64,000 nucleotides of DNA from Camelus ferus (Eukaryota). The notes under the pieces were generated by a model. That model saw only the letters and a program-made list of their open reading frames with translations. It had not been told where the DNA came from and made no database searches. The DNA lies in NCBI RefSeq assembly GCF_009834535.1, contig NC_045697.1:33854001-33918000 (forward strand). The letters run 5' to 3'. The position numbers and the translations under genes are program-made. Below, in pieces: positions 1 to 13,122 of this stretch (within the stretch, counting starts at the first letter, position 1; each line of letters opens with the position of its first letter).

Positions 1-690
1 TTAAATACTGTGTTAAATGAAGAAGAGTTCTTACAATTAGCTAAACTCAAAATAGTGAATAGTACAGAGACATTTTTAAGGATAACCTCTTTCCATTTTT
101 CAAATGTTGAGAATTCGTAGCCAAACATTCAGTGGTTGAAAGATAAATCTGTGCTCTATGGGAATTGGTTAGTGATTCCTTTGTATTTGAAATGGAACTT
201 CCTTACCAAAAATCTTTTCTGTTTCCTTCAAGGAAGTCATTGGTTACATAATTCTTAAGCTATCTTATCTAAAACAACCCATATTAAAAAATTTTTTTAA
301 ACATTCTTTTATATTAAAAGATTTTAAAACATATGAAAAAGTCAAAAGCTAGAGAAAGGATTGCATCGTTGCAAATTATTAGTTTATAAAGGGAAATTAC
401 AAGCACTCAGCTAATCAGAATTCAGAACTTCATCAACGAAGAACTAAAACGTCATTGAAGTACAGATAATGGCAAAATGCTAAGTCAAGCTGAAAACTAA
501 GGCAAAAATGTGTAGCATGGGTCTAGGGAGTGAACACAAACACTCCCGTACCTGTCAGGTTATACCACTCTTAGTTTATTGGCTCATTGCCCACATCTGT
601 GTTGTGGGATCCTTTGTGGTCCACAGAGGTGTCTCATGTCATCTCTGAAATAGATTCTCATTTCTTCCAAGATGGTCCTCTTAGTGGTTT

Positions 691-1203
691 TGTCAGGATG
701 GAAAATATCTCCCCTTCTACCTCTCTTGAGTTCTTGTGGCTGGACTTAAAAAACAGAATTGATGCACAACAGATTAAGGGGAGAAAAAGAGACACATTTT
801 AGTTCGTGGGCATGGGGGGTCTCACAGAAGTGGGACCAAGAAGTGGGCAAAGCAGGTAGCTTTTCTATTTTTCAGACAGAAAAACAATAAATTTGTGAGG
901 ATTTGAAGGGACAAAGGTTTGGGGTGCTTACTTCTGGAAGAATCTAAACGGAGTTTGGGCTTCAGGTCATACACTGAAGAAGCAGCAAGGTTTGTTTTGT
1001 TTCTCGGCCCAGAATCCCCCATCTCTTCTACCTCCGCGGGCGGGGAGTGCACCTTTCACATGAGAGATGTCTTCCCTGCTTTTAGGGAGGAGAGGGGGAG
1101 GTTCAGAGCATCCCTCTTGCATTGGGTCTTTTTTAAGTAACTAATTCAAAGTAGTCAGTAGCCATTGAGGCACATTTTGGGGCCGCCTGCTCTGGGCCCC
1201 TCA
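691..1203 (-). mobile_element. ERV1-class solo LTR (MER39/MER34-like)
   Basis: TG...CA termini; minus strand starts TGAGGGGCCCAGAGCAGGCGGCCCCAAAATGTGCC, typical of ERV1 LTR starts; TSD poor (gttt/gtcc). Confidence 0.7.
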
Positions 1204-1501
1204 GTCCTCAGTGTCTGAGGGGCTGCCGGAGTCTGGTGCCTCAGTCCTGCTTCTGACGCCTCCATGGAAGTGGTCACCCTGACTCTCTGAATCCTGCCAC
1301 ATTCAAAGCGCCAAAATGCTCCTGGGTTTCCCTGTGTCCTTAGGGTGCTGGGACCATGCCCCATCCCACGAGGAAGTGAGGGTGATGCTACTCCCCCTAT
1401 TTTATGCCATAGTTTTTCACCTGGGCCCCAGGCTCTATCACTTATACTCATTTTGTCTCCAAAGGGCTTATACTTAATGCATGAGGATGGCACAGGGTGA
1501 T

Positions 1502-2018
1502 TGTATCAGTCATAGTTCTCCAGGGAAGCAGAGGCAATCGGATATACCTAGATATCAGTTAGAGGAGATTGATTATAGGAATTGCCTTGCACAGCTATGG
1601 AGGCCAAGAAGTCCCACAGTCTGTCATCTGCAAATTGGAGAACCAGGAAAGCTGGTGGTGTAATTCAACCCTGGTCTGAAGGCATGAGGACCAGGGCAGT
1701 GGCTTGCGTTTAAGTCCCACAGGCCAAAGCCCAAGAACCAGGAGCTCAGATGTCCTGGGACAGGAGACGGACATGTCAGCTCAAGAGGAGAGAGAGAGTT
1801 TACACTTGCATTGCCTTCTTGCTCTCTTGGGAGCCTCGATGGATTGGGTGATGCCCACCCACATTTGTGAGGGCAAATCTCTTTACTCGGTCTATTTAAT
1901 CAAATGCTAATCTCTTCCAGAAACAGCTTCACAGGTATACCTAGATAGAATGTTTTACCAGCTCTCTGGGCATCCATTATTAGCTCAGTCAGCTTGACAC
2001 ACGAAATTAACCCTCACA
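1502..2018 (-). mobile_element. MLT2 (MLT2B-like) ERVL solo LTR
   Basis: Ends tgtatcagtcatagttctccagg... and ...gcttgacacacgaaattaaccctcaca match reverse-complemented MLT2 termini; 5-bp TSD gtgat/gtcat. Confidence 0.9.
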
Positions 2019-2424
2019 GTCATAAATCCATACTATTGTTTCCATTGGCCATTTTCCCCTCTATTCGAGCGAGCACAGAAGGACTCCCCCTCCCCATAGG
2101 CAAGTTCTTCTACTGGAAATAAGCAGGTACAATTCTCCACAAGCAAAGTCACCTTGGAGAAAGATGATAATCTGTTGACCTCACCAACTCATGAGACACA
2201 CCAGGATGTATCTGAAGTTCAGTTTAGGTTCAGCTAGAACTTCAGACATATGACATAATAATAAAAAAAAAGTTAGTATTAATACCTGGTTTTTAGGGTC
2301 CCCAAGACAAGAAGATCAAATCCTAGTATACACAGTTTAAAGTCATGTGAATATTAATCCTACATTATCCTATAATAGTATGAGACCTTCCTATGAATAC
2401 ATTTTTTGAGAGTACCTTGGGGAA

Positions 2425-2620
2425 ACAGCATAAAGTGATGAAAAGAGCTTGCAGTCAAACAGATCTTAGTAAACAAGCATTCTCTCAAACTAGCATCGTG
2501 TTTTAAGGCTTGTTTTCTTCATTTGAAAAATGAGGATAATAAAACTTAATGTAGGATTATTTGAGGAATCGAAGAAGGAAATGTGTGTAAAGCATGTAGC
2601 ATACTGTCTAATAGGAGGTA
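2425..2620 (+). mobile_element. MIR SINE remnant
   Basis: Core-like ttcttcatttgaaaaatgaggataataaaac...tgtaaagcatgtagc. Confidence 0.6.
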
Positions 2621-2929
2621 GCAGACTTTGGATACAAAGAAGCTAGCATAGTTTTTGCAATTCAGGAACCTGCTTAGGGCCTGAGACAAACAGTTCCCTT
2701 TTTGCGTCTACATACATTTAAATGGTAATTTCTATCATGTCATGATATTATATGGAAATGTTAACTTGGGTACCATTTTAATTCTCATTTACCATGATTG
2801 TTAGAGGGAGTGATGGAGGACAAGAAATGTGAAATTACATAAGAATATTACTCCATGAATGCATTTTAAAAATAGAAAGTACCACTTTTTCTACTTTTGG
2901 AAAAATGTAAAGTATTAGAATGCCTTCTG

Positions 2930-3290
2930 CAGACATTTATTGAAAACTAAGGGAGCACCATCCCTGCCCTCGAGGAAGGGGACAAACAATAAACAAAGGC
3001 AATGCTGCACACAAGAGGCTGAAACGGGAACAGCTGGGTAAAAGGAGATAACTTTAAAGGGGAGACAGGCGGGCCTCCCTGAGGAAGGGATGCTAAGCTG
3101 AGACCTGGGGAAGCAGAAGGATCTAGCAATGTAAAGCCTGAGAGGACTAGGCTGGTGGAAGAGCCAACGACAAATCCTAGTGGAAGAGCCTAGGGTGTTT
3201 GCACGGCCAGGCTTAGGAAGAGGAATAAAAATGGTCAGAGTGAGGCTGGAGAAGCAGGAAGCAGTTAGAGAAGAAACATGTGGGCTTGAG
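2930..3290 (-). mobile_element. L2 LINE fragment
   Basis: catttattga...ccctgccctcgagg...ggcctccctgaggaagggatgctaagctgagacctg resemble the reverse L2 3' region. Confidence 0.6.
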
Positions 3291-3975
3291 CCTTGAACCT
3301 CGAAGAAGAGCTTCTTTCTTTCCTTCACAGCTGTGCCACTGAGACAGCCGGCTGGTGTTACAAGGACCCACAAGCATGGAATTCCGCTTGTATTCACTGT
3401 TATAACAAATGCTGTGTTAACGGCTGAACTACGAACTGCTATTGCCCATGCAAAGACTAAGCTGCTGACCATCTTTCCATCAGCCTGAATGACTTTGCAA
3501 AAGATCAATTAACTGCAATCTCTCTAGCTGTAGCCGATGTTTGCCTTTGTCTTTGTAAAACATAAGGTATTTGTATTTTGAGAAAAGAAGGCAATATGGT
3601 TATCCCTGCAAACCCTACAAAGCTTTCACTGCTCAGCCTTGCAGTCCTTTCCTGCAGAAGTCAGACTCAACTGACTTCTTTGCCTTCTCTGAAAGCCAGA
3701 GACTCCATCCTCTTTCTTTTCCTCTTCTACTTGCCAGTTCCCACTTTTTTTTTTTTGGTTGAGGAGAAAGGTAGTGGGCAATCTTTATCCTCAAACCTAA
3801 ATGATGGGCATGATCTGATTATGCCAGCTTTTTCTTTTAAATAAAATCTTTATTATTTTAAAAACTAAATATTTTTATTTACAATAAAACGAGATTGTCC
3901 AGACTGCTTGCCTGATTTTAAAACCATTATTTAATTTACTCTACACATGTCTCCTTGGAGGTGTAATATTGCATT

Positions 3976-5268
3976 TCTTTTTTTATAATTTAATTTTTTA
4001 AATTGAAGTATAGTTGATTTACAATATTGTGTTAGTTTCAGGTGTATGGCAAAGTGATTTGGGTATATATATATATATATTTTTTTCTTTTTTTCTATTC
4101 TTTTCATTGTAGGTTATTACAATATATTGAATATAGTTCCCTGTGCTGTACAGTAAATCCTTATTGCTTCTCCATTTTGTGTAAGATAATTTTTGTCTCT
4201 TAATCATATACTTTTAATTTATCCTGCCCTCTTCCCCTTTGCTAGACATAAGTTTGTTTTCTATGTCTGTGAGTCTGTTTCTGTTTTGTAAGTAAGTTCA
4301 TTTGTACTATTTTTTTAGATTTCACATATAAATGATATCATGTAATATTTGTCTTTCCCTATCTGATTTACATCATTAAGTATGATAGTTTCCAGGTCCA
4401 TACATGTTGCTGCAAATGGTATTATTTCGTTATTTTTTATGGCTGAGTAGTATTCCATTGTATATACATATACCACATTTTCTTTACCCAGTCATCTGTT
4501 GATGGACACTTACGTTGCTTCCATGTCTTGGCTATTGTAAATAGTTCTGCTGTGAACATTGGGGTGCATGTATCTTTTCGAATTAGAGGTTTTGTTTTTT
4601 CTAGATATATATACCCATGAGTGAGATTGCTGGATCATATGGTAGCTCTATTTTTAGTTTTTTTGAGGAACCTCCATACTGTTTTCCATAGTGGCTGTAC
4701 CAATTTACTTTCCAACTAACAGTATAGGAGGGTTTCTTTTCCTTCACACACTTTCCAGCATTTATTATTTGTAGGCTTTTTTATGATGGCCATTCTGACT
4801 CGTGTGAGGTGATACCTCACTGTAGTTTTGATTTGCATTTCTCTAATAATTAGCAATGCTGAGCATCTTTTCATGTGTCAATTGGCTATCTGTATGTCTT
4901 CTTTGGAGAAATGTCTGTTAAGGTCTTAGGCTCATTTTCTAATTGGGTTGCTTGGGGGTTTTTTTGTTTGTTTTTTGATATTGAGTTGTTTGAGCTGTTC
5001 TATATTTTGGAAATTAATCCTTTGCTGGTCACATCATTTGCAAATATTTTCTCCCAGTCTAGTTTGTCCTTTCATTTTGTTTATGGCTTCCTTTGCTGTG
5101 CAAAAACTTACAAGTTTGAATAGGCCCCATTTGTTTATTTTTGCTTTTATTTCTTTTGCCTTGGGAGACTGACTTAAGAAAACATTGCTAGAATTTGTCA
5201 GAGAATGTTTTGCCCATGTTCTCTTCTAGGAGTTTTTATAGTGTCATGTTTTATATTTAAGTCTTTAA
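3976..5268 (-). mobile_element. 5'-truncated L1 (cetartiodactyl type): ORF2 C-terminus, 3' UTR and A-tail
   Basis: Minus-strand translation [33 protein letters not shown]...CWKVC...LLYC*...LWKTVWRFLKKLKIELPYDPAI matches the L1 ORF2 cysteine-rich C-terminus, with stops; T-rich tail at left end. Confidence 0.95.
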
Positions 5269-5559
5269 TATTAAAGCTTTTCTTTTCGAAGCATAAAGAA
5301 ATTTTCATGTGATTCACTGATAATCACAATGATTGACAAACATTGGAGTGGGGGAAGAGGTGAAGCAAAGATCTCTAAAAACTTAGATGTTTTTCCCTTT
5401 GGGGATCTCTGGTCTCCAGCTGTTTTTGTACTTCTGAGGTTCTGAGATGATTCAGTGAAATGTGTCCTTAGATATTCCTGAAAGTGTAGCTCACCATTCT
5501 CCCTTCCTGCCTCAGTAAATTCCCATAGTCTGTCTTTTTCAATAGTATGTGAGCCTATG

Positions 5560-5760
5560 GGGGAAAGCCTTGCCTTTGGGAACCAGAGAGCCATGTTCTA
5601 ATCCAACTTCACCTCAAAGTGCCAGTCTGAAGTGGACTATGTGTAACCATTTGAGACTCTTGTCTCATAAGGAAAGTAGGAATGGTAATCATTACTTCAC
5701 AGAGTTTGGGTGGAGACTATATGAAAAAACATACATATTAAAAAAACCATATAGCATCAA
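5560..5760 (+). mobile_element. MIR SINE remnant
   Basis: ctttgggaaccagagagccatgttctaatcc...taatcattacttcacagagttt. Confidence 0.55.
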
Positions 5761-7019
5761 GAGGCTTTAAATAGAAGGACTGAAGTATACAATGTTTTTT
5801 TAAAAAAGGAGAAAATAATAAATTGTTGAAGGATTACAATATTACATTTAATCACATAATCAGATATATATATGATCAATTTTGTGGGATGGATAGAAAA
5901 GAATTATTCATATATGTATACTATGGTTCCCTTTTATACTGTTAAAATCTTGGAGGATAACAGAAACTATATAAAAGTAGATAGCACAAAAAATAAAGCT
6001 GTATTAGTAATTATAGTTAAAAAATAAATTCTAAGCTCTTTTCAACCATAATAAGAACAATTGAAAATATCCCAGTCATTGTCACATTATTTGCAAGTAG
6101 TAGATTTAGGGCAGAAACCACACTTCTTCCTTTGATAATTCTAGAGAATAATTTCTGCCTAATGTCATTTTAGTTCTATCACGTTTGTGACTGTTCTTCC
6201 TTCAGTACATTTTTTTCATCAGGAAACTGCTAATGCTATCAGACTTTTTAGTTGAATATAAAATAGTTACTGCTATGATTGGGAAGCCATACATGACCCA
6301 CCTGGGGGATAGGAAATTGAAAATAAGTTGTTTACTTTTATATCCTGTTAGCAAAGGAGTTTGAATGACATGCTATTAATTTCATGAAATAGAAAATGTC
6401 TAATACAATCAATTGTAACCAGCCTTTCCCATAATAGAATTAGCTCATCCCATCTATTTTAGATTACAAGGGTGCATAAAATTTGTCATGCAAAGCCATT
6501 TTCCAATGTTTCCTTTAAGCCATCTGAAACGTTCAAATCCGGGAATTGTGCAGAACTGGAATCTGATGTTAGGAAAAAAAGGTTAAGTGAAGAAGCTGGG
6601 TGAAAATCAGACTGATGGGTATTTTTCTTGCAACTGACCTGGACAGACACAGCATTGGGCAAATTCTTGGGGTATCAGCCATAGCATATTGGAATATTTG
6701 GGAATTGGTGTGGTCTCACCCTGATTATCTTTTCTCTCCCTCAATAATTAAGGACAAGGACCCTGGCTTAAGCTGACTCTTCCTTTTGATCTCAAGGCTT
6801 CAGGGAAATAAAAAGAAGTTCTATTTCACTAACTACTAAAGATTAGAGAACCTCATACAATAAATGTGTAGCTAAAAATAGGCAAACTTTGCCCAGAGAC
6901 TCAGAAAGATGAGAGTGGATGGGCGAGACAGTGTGGACCAGTGTAACACAGAGAGGAGGTGTCGAGCCTGAATACGCCATGCAGCTTGAGGCATACGTGT
7001 GTGCCTGGCCGGGGATGGC

Positions 7020-7190
7020 TTTTCTCTACCCAGCTCTTTCTACTCTTTCATCACAGGTCGCCCCAAATATCACCTCTCCTATGAGACATTTCCAAACCAT
7101 ATCTCCTATCTCCTCAAAGAGTCCAGGCTTCTTCTACTCTGGTCCCATTGTGTACAGCTCAGTAATAACACTAATCACATTGTAATATGA
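7020..7190 (+). mobile_element. L2 fragment
   Basis: aaatatcacctctcctatgagacatttcc...acactaatcacattgtaat resemble the L2 3' region. Confidence 0.5.
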
Positions 7191-7191
7191 T

Positions 7192-7413
7192 CGGGTCATT
7201 TATCCACAGGGCAATTTTGTCCCCTGAGGGATGCTGGGCAGTCTCTGGAAATATTGTTTGTTCTGACATCTAAGAAGAAGGCTACTTGCAACTGGCATCT
7301 AGTGAGTAGGGGCCAGGGATACTGCTAAACATCCTGTGATGCGCAGGACCGCCCCTCTCAACAAAGAACCGTCCTGCTCGAACAGTCAGTAGTGCTCAGG
7401 CTGAGAAACCCGG
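7192..7413 (+). mobile_element. MER20 (hAT-Charlie DNA transposon)
   Basis: actggcatctagtgagtaggggccagggatactgctaaacatcct...acaaagaa...gctgagaaaccc, a close match to the MER20 consensus. Confidence 0.92.
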
Positions 7414-7808
7414 AAATAGCTCATTTTCAAACTCTCACTACTTATCAGAACCTGGGTTAAGTTCTGCAGGGAGAGATAGATAGCAAGGTAACAGGGTCAA
7501 GCTATATGTTTAAATGACTTCTCCCCTCCCCGTATTAAAATGATGATGTTCTTCAAGCAGAAACCATTCTCACAACTCTCCCGACAACCAGCCTCCTGGC
7601 CAATGAGTGGGACGACCATCCATTCATTCTGTTCCTCAAGGCCAGAAGACACCGTGGCCTCCTCTCACCGCCCCATTTCCAGTTCATTACCAAGTCCTGC
7701 AGATTTTTCCTGCCCTCCCCACATCCCACCTGCTGGGCAGAAATTAAATTTTTCCTCTGACTTGTAGCTGCATTTAGGATAAAGACTACATTCTTCCAAG
7801 GTGTTTCA

Positions 7809-7812
<4 letters not shown>

Positions 7813-7846
<34 letters not shown>
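7813..7846. repeat. (TG)17 microsatellite
   Basis: Perfect dinucleotide run seen directly. Confidence 0.98.
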
Positions 7847-7849
<3 letters not shown>

Positions 7850-8004
7850 CAAAAGGTTTTAAAGGATTTATTGTTAGCAAAGGGAAAGTACAGCTCCAAG
7901 AGCAGGAGGCAGGCTGATCTGAGGGCAGATAGCAATGGTCTTTGTTTGTTCCCTTGACTTATGCCCTCACTCACAGGTGGTCTCTTGATTGATTGATGGC
8001 TCTT

Positions 8005-8430
8005 CATGGTCTTCTCCTGCTTCTCCACTGGCCTCATTGCACACCACGCCCCTTCCTGACCCCTTTCTGCCCTCTTGCCATAGGACCCTCCTTGCAGGGT
8101 CTTGGGCTGGGCACATCCCATCGCTAGGCCTTCCTCCATGCTCCAGTCTCTGTCTGAGCTGTTTCCTTTCCGCTTTTATTCTGATTAAATTCTATTCGCC
8201 ATCCCTGTCTCTGCTCAACCATTTCTTCTCAGAGATGCTTCCTCTGATCACACCCTGGGTCTGCACCTCCCCGCAGCCCCTCACAGTCCCTTTCTCTATA
8301 GCATTTGTCACTGTAATTATGCCTTAATTCATGGGATTACATTTGCTTTGGCTCACCATTAATCTACAGAAATTCTAAAGGGCCTAGGATGTCTTCAGAA
8401 TTTATTAAACATTTGTTGAATGAACAAACA
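8005..8430 (+). mobile_element. L2 3' fragment
   Basis: ttcttctcagagatgcttcctctgatca...taaacatttgttgaatgaa terminal motif. Confidence 0.6.
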
Positions 8431-8779
8431 AATAAAGGGAAGAAGGAATTTGTGAATCTGAGGTCATGTTACAGATCTCAGTTGGCTAAACCGGTTTTTC
8501 ACATCACTCACAGTTTAACTGCAGTCATTGCTCCGTTATTTCAAATAATGATTGAGAAATACAAAAGGAAATTAGTGACACACCACAGTTCTTATCATTA
8601 GCTTAAACAACTGGTTTTACAGAGAATTGTTCATCTTTTTAATTTAATATAACACATGCTGAATTTTCTGGAGAACTTTTTCTAAAAAGATACATGTCTG
8701 GATTCTATTATAAAGAAGCAGAATTGTTTCTCATTCCTGGTGTTAAGGAAAAAGGGTAATAATTTACCTGTATTACTTT

Positions 8780-9098
8780 AATTATTTTATTCTTCTTTTT
8801 TAAATGAAGTATATTTGATTTATAATGTATTAGTGTCTGGTGTACAGCATAGTGATTCAGTTATACATATATATATATATATTCTTTATCATTATAGGTT
8901 ATTATAAACTACCTAATATAGTTCCCTACCCTACACAGTAGGACCATGTTGTTTATCTATTTTATATATAGTAGTGTGTATCTGCAAATTCCCTACTCCT
9001 AATTTACCCTTCCAAGTCCCCTTTCTCCTTTGGTAACCATAAGTTTGTTTTCTGTCTGTGAGTCTGCTGCTGTTTTGTAAAGAAGTTCATTTGTGTCA
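8780..9098 (-). mobile_element. Truncated L1 3' end with 11-bp TSD
   Basis: Same 3' UTR family as 3976-5268; perfect TSD tgtattacttt at 8769-8779 and 9099-9109; CT/AAAA-type endonuclease site. Confidence 0.92.
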
Positions 9099-9957
9099 TG
9101 TATTACTTTTAGATGCATATTAGTAAACACCCCCAAAATAGATTCTACAAAGTCATGTATTTCTTAATCAAAATCCCCTTTAAATATGAAGCAAAAATAC
9201 TTCTTAGAGTACCTCTTGCATAAACTGGTAAAAGTTGTCATTTTTACTTATTATATATTGCTGTGGTTGCCCATTATTTTCACATTATTTTTCAGGTCAT
9301 TTATTAATCTCCAGAATAACCAATCAGCAATGTTCCCTATAACCAGTACTGTCATCTCCTCCCCAACTCAAAAACAAAAACACAAAGGCATAAGCTTGAC
9401 CTTTAGTTTTAATTCCTTGTGCTTCCATTTGCCTCATTGTGGGAAATTACAAAGTTGTAGGCAGTAATTATTTGCATCACCATTTTTCCTGAGGAAAAGA
9501 AGAAGGAAAAATCTCATGTCTTATTACTTATCACTGTTCCAAATTGTCACTTAATTGAAATAACAGGGGAATCTAAGACTCAAACACAACTTCCTAATCA
9601 AAAGGTTAGTAGGAAAATTGGGGGAAAAGTAATTTCTGTCTTTTAATGTGTATATTAGAGCCTTAAGAATTGATAAGTCTTTGCAGTGTCATAAATGTAC
9701 ATTGATGATTATGGTAAAATCTCTTTTAAGATACAAGATAAAATAATTCTAAGAGCCCATTTTATGCTCTAGAATCCCTAATGGTAATAATAAAAAAAAT
9801 GTTCATGTAATCTTTTTCTTCACATGGGTACATTCTCAATGAAAGAGCAACTTTATACATTTGCTACCATTTCTACCTTATTCAGAGGCTATTGAAAAGG
9901 AATGATCACGCTGTCTTCCACCTGTCCCTAGTGTTTTATAGCATCCCCTCAGGGGCC

Positions 9958-10009
9958 GTGGGCATGGGTACAGGGACAGAGGATGTGGGCAAGGGTACAG
10001 GGAGAGGAT
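9958..10009. repeat. Two-copy tandem duplication (27/25 bp), G-rich
   Basis: gtgggcatgggtacagggacagaggat / gtgggcaagggtacagggagaggat. Confidence 0.85.
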
Positions 10010-11880
10010 GAGTTAACACAGCCAAGCAGGCAAAACTTCTGTTCCAGCCTTACCTCAACCAGAGCAGCACCTTGGGCTGAAGTTGAATAAAACATGCTAG
10101 GAAATAAAAATGTTTAAAACATCTTTCGGAAAAGCAGGAATGAAAAAAATGTTTAAATCTATGCATCAAAGTATTAAGATTTCACTGTTTAATTCACCTA
10201 AGTCTTTTACACGTATAAAGGGTCCAAGCTTTGCTTAAGCAATAGCTCCTATTAGGACTGAATGTCTGGAGTGTGTCTGTTGAACTGGTAAACCACATCT
10301 GCTAGGGGTCAACTTGAATGAGAATTTGAGAAGATGCTGCAAGGGAAAAAAAAAAAAAAGTCAGGCAGAAAAACCTCACTTAGGAACAAAAATCCCTGTT
10401 CAGTACAGTGTTTGTCTGAGGGTTTGGTAAGGAATGGGACCGCTAAGTGCAAACGTGAAAGTCATTCCTCTTAATGTAGTAAGACATGGGGTGCAATGCT
10501 TTGAAACTCCTTTAACAGAATATTTAACAGAGTTTAAATAAGAGGAAGGAAAAAATGCAATTTCTCATTTTGATGGAACTCCGAACAGCTCTGGGAACTT
10601 GAATGTCCCAGAAGCCATGGTGGAACTAGGCAGGTGCCAGGGACATGACAGACCCAGCAGAAGGACCACAGACACCTGGTGGCCATGCCTGGCAAGGGCA
10701 ACAGCGGTCGGTCTGTGGACAGGACAAGACAGGAAGGTTTCTGTAGTTCCCAGGAAGGAGGACCAGGACAGGAAAAGAGGAGAAGTACTGTGCTTGGCAA
10801 ATTAAGGCTACAGTTGAGGGGCCTGATTCATGTGCATGTGTAAGAACCTTATAAGGAGGTGGTGTCCTATACATGCAAACTGGGGGCGAGAGCTGTGGGA
10901 ACGTGGTGTCTACTCTGAATGCCGTACCATTTGTACCTGCAGGCTGGTGAGGCCGGGGGGAAACACTGGGAACACTTATGACTCATGAAATTCACAAACT
11001 GATTCTTGATTCATACTGATCTTCTAATCTTCACATTCTTCAGTCACTTTCATTAGTTGTCACTGCCGAGTTACTCTCTCTTGAAATATCACAGATGTGG
11101 ATGTTAATGTATTCTTTGCAAATTGTGCTTAGTCTTCAATGGAAATGACTATTATCTTTGATAACTTAAAGAGGACTTTCATTCCAAAGATCAATCACAT
11201 GCATCAGATTCATCAGATTCCATAAGCCATGGGTCTTCCTTACCTGGAATTTAAAGGAGAATCATTACTTTATATTAACTTAAACTTTATCATGGGGGAG
11301 AAAAAACATCTGATGAGCTAACCATATGTTTCAGGAACAATGAAAAATCTTTGCAAGTATAAAACGCTTCGAGTGGAATTACAAATATTTCACCTTTTTT
11401 TATTGAGCCCATTTTTATTCTATTTAAAGGACTTTTGTTATGGAGTCATAGAGCTGGAAACATACCTCCATATGTCATAGATTTGTCCCCTGCCTTCACA
11501 CAGATGGTGGTCCAGCATACTTTAATGTATCTTCAGGGATCCTGTCTCTGTGCTCATGTCAATGTGAATATAAATTTTTTTATGCATGGAGAGAAAATAC
11601 AGCCTCCTATACCCTATGCTGATTTTAGATCCTAGAGGTCTTTGATATTCCATTATTATTCTGTTTTGCCTTCCCACTGATTAGAATGAAAACTCCAAGC
11701 TAAGTAGTTAGTGAGACAGGCCAGCTGAGAAGGGACAAGCCCTGGAAACAAGACATGGCTACTAAGGTGAGCTAGACCCACCAAGTCTAAACCTGCAGAG
11801 AATTTGTGGTTTTGTAAAGGGAACAAGGTACATGCACAAATGGAAATAATATAAGTAAAGAGAAGATTGTGGTACATGTA

Positions 11881-12421
11881 TGTGTTAGGCAGAATCATGT
11901 CTCCCTGCCTCCATTTCCTAAGATGTCCATGTCCTAATCCTTAGAACCTGAGAATACTACATTACCTTTGATGGCAAAACGGACTTTGCAGACGTAATTA
12001 AGTTAAGGACCTTGAGATGGGGACATTATTCTGAATTACCCAGGAAAATGCAATCTAATCACATGGGTCCCTAAAAATAGAGAACGTTTCCTGAATGTAA
12101 AAAGAAGGAAGAATGATCAGAGTCAGAGTGAGATGTACCTGCGGAAGGACATTAAGAGAGATACAACATTGCAGTCTCCGAATCTGGGGGGAAAGGTCCA
12201 TGAGCCAAGGAATGTGGATAACCACTCAAAGCTGGAAAAGGCCAAGAAAAGGATTCTCCCCTAGAGCCTCCAGAAAGGAAATGGTCCCCCTGACACCTTG
12301 AGTTTAGCTCAGGAAACATGTGCAGACTTCGAACCTACAGAACTGTAAAGATAACAAAATTGTACTTTTCAGCCACTGAGTTTCTGGTTATTCATTACAG
12401 CAGCATTAGAAAACTAGTATG
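11881..12421 (+). mobile_element. MLT1D-like MaLR solo LTR
   Basis: tgtgttaggcagaat...gactttgcagacgtaattaagttaaggaccttgagatggg...ggattctcccctagagcctccagaaaggaa...cagcagcattagaaaactagtat. Confidence 0.9.
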
Positions 12422-12429
12422 ACTAATAA

Positions 12430-13122
12430 AGTTGGGTCTCACCTCTTCTGCCCTTGACCGCTTACATTCTATTCTCAAAATAACATCAGAGTGATCCTGT
12501 TAAAACACAAACCAGATCATGTTTCTTTTCTGCTCAAATCCTCCAGCGGCTTCCCATCTCATTCGGAGTGAAAACAAAAATCCTCATAATGGCCTCCAAG
12601 TCCCTACACCATCTGTCCCATCATTTCTTCTGGCTTTATCTCCTCCTCTTCTTCCTCTCACTTCCTCTTCCCCATCCACACTGACCATCTGGCTCTTCCT
12701 AGAACTCACTTGGGAGGCTTCTGTCTGAGGACTCGGTGCTTGGTATCCCTGTGATTGAAAATCTCTTTCCTAAGATAGTTGAGTGACTGACTTCTATACT
12801 GTTTTAGGTCTTTGTTCCAATGACATCCATTAAGACAAGATTCTATGACCACAAATAAGTTGGAATTGAAGCCTCTCATTTCCACCCATTTTAATTTTCT
12901 TGCTTTATTTTTTTTGTCACAGCACTTTTACTTATAATATACATACCATTTTACATGTATCTTAATTGTGTTGTTCACTATTGTTCTCTTTTCATTAGAA
13001 GGTAAGGCCCATTTAAGACATGGAGCTTTTTTCTGTTTTATTCATGCTGATTCTCCAGTACCTAAAATGTTGCTTGGCACATAGTTGGTGCTTAATACAC
13101 ATCTACTGAATAAATGAATGAA
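12430..13122 (+). mobile_element. L2 (L2a-like) 3' fragment
   Basis: cagagtgatcctgttaaaac...cagatcatg...tggcacatagttggtgcttaatacac...tgaataaatgaatgaa. Confidence 0.88.

Noticed and set aside
526..547. 7-bp hairpin gggagtg/cactccc
   Set aside because: Chance-level in a window of this size
2915..3508. Longest ORF in the track (197 aa, minus)
   Set aside because: Non-ATG start, mostly overlaps an L2 remnant, no recognisable domain
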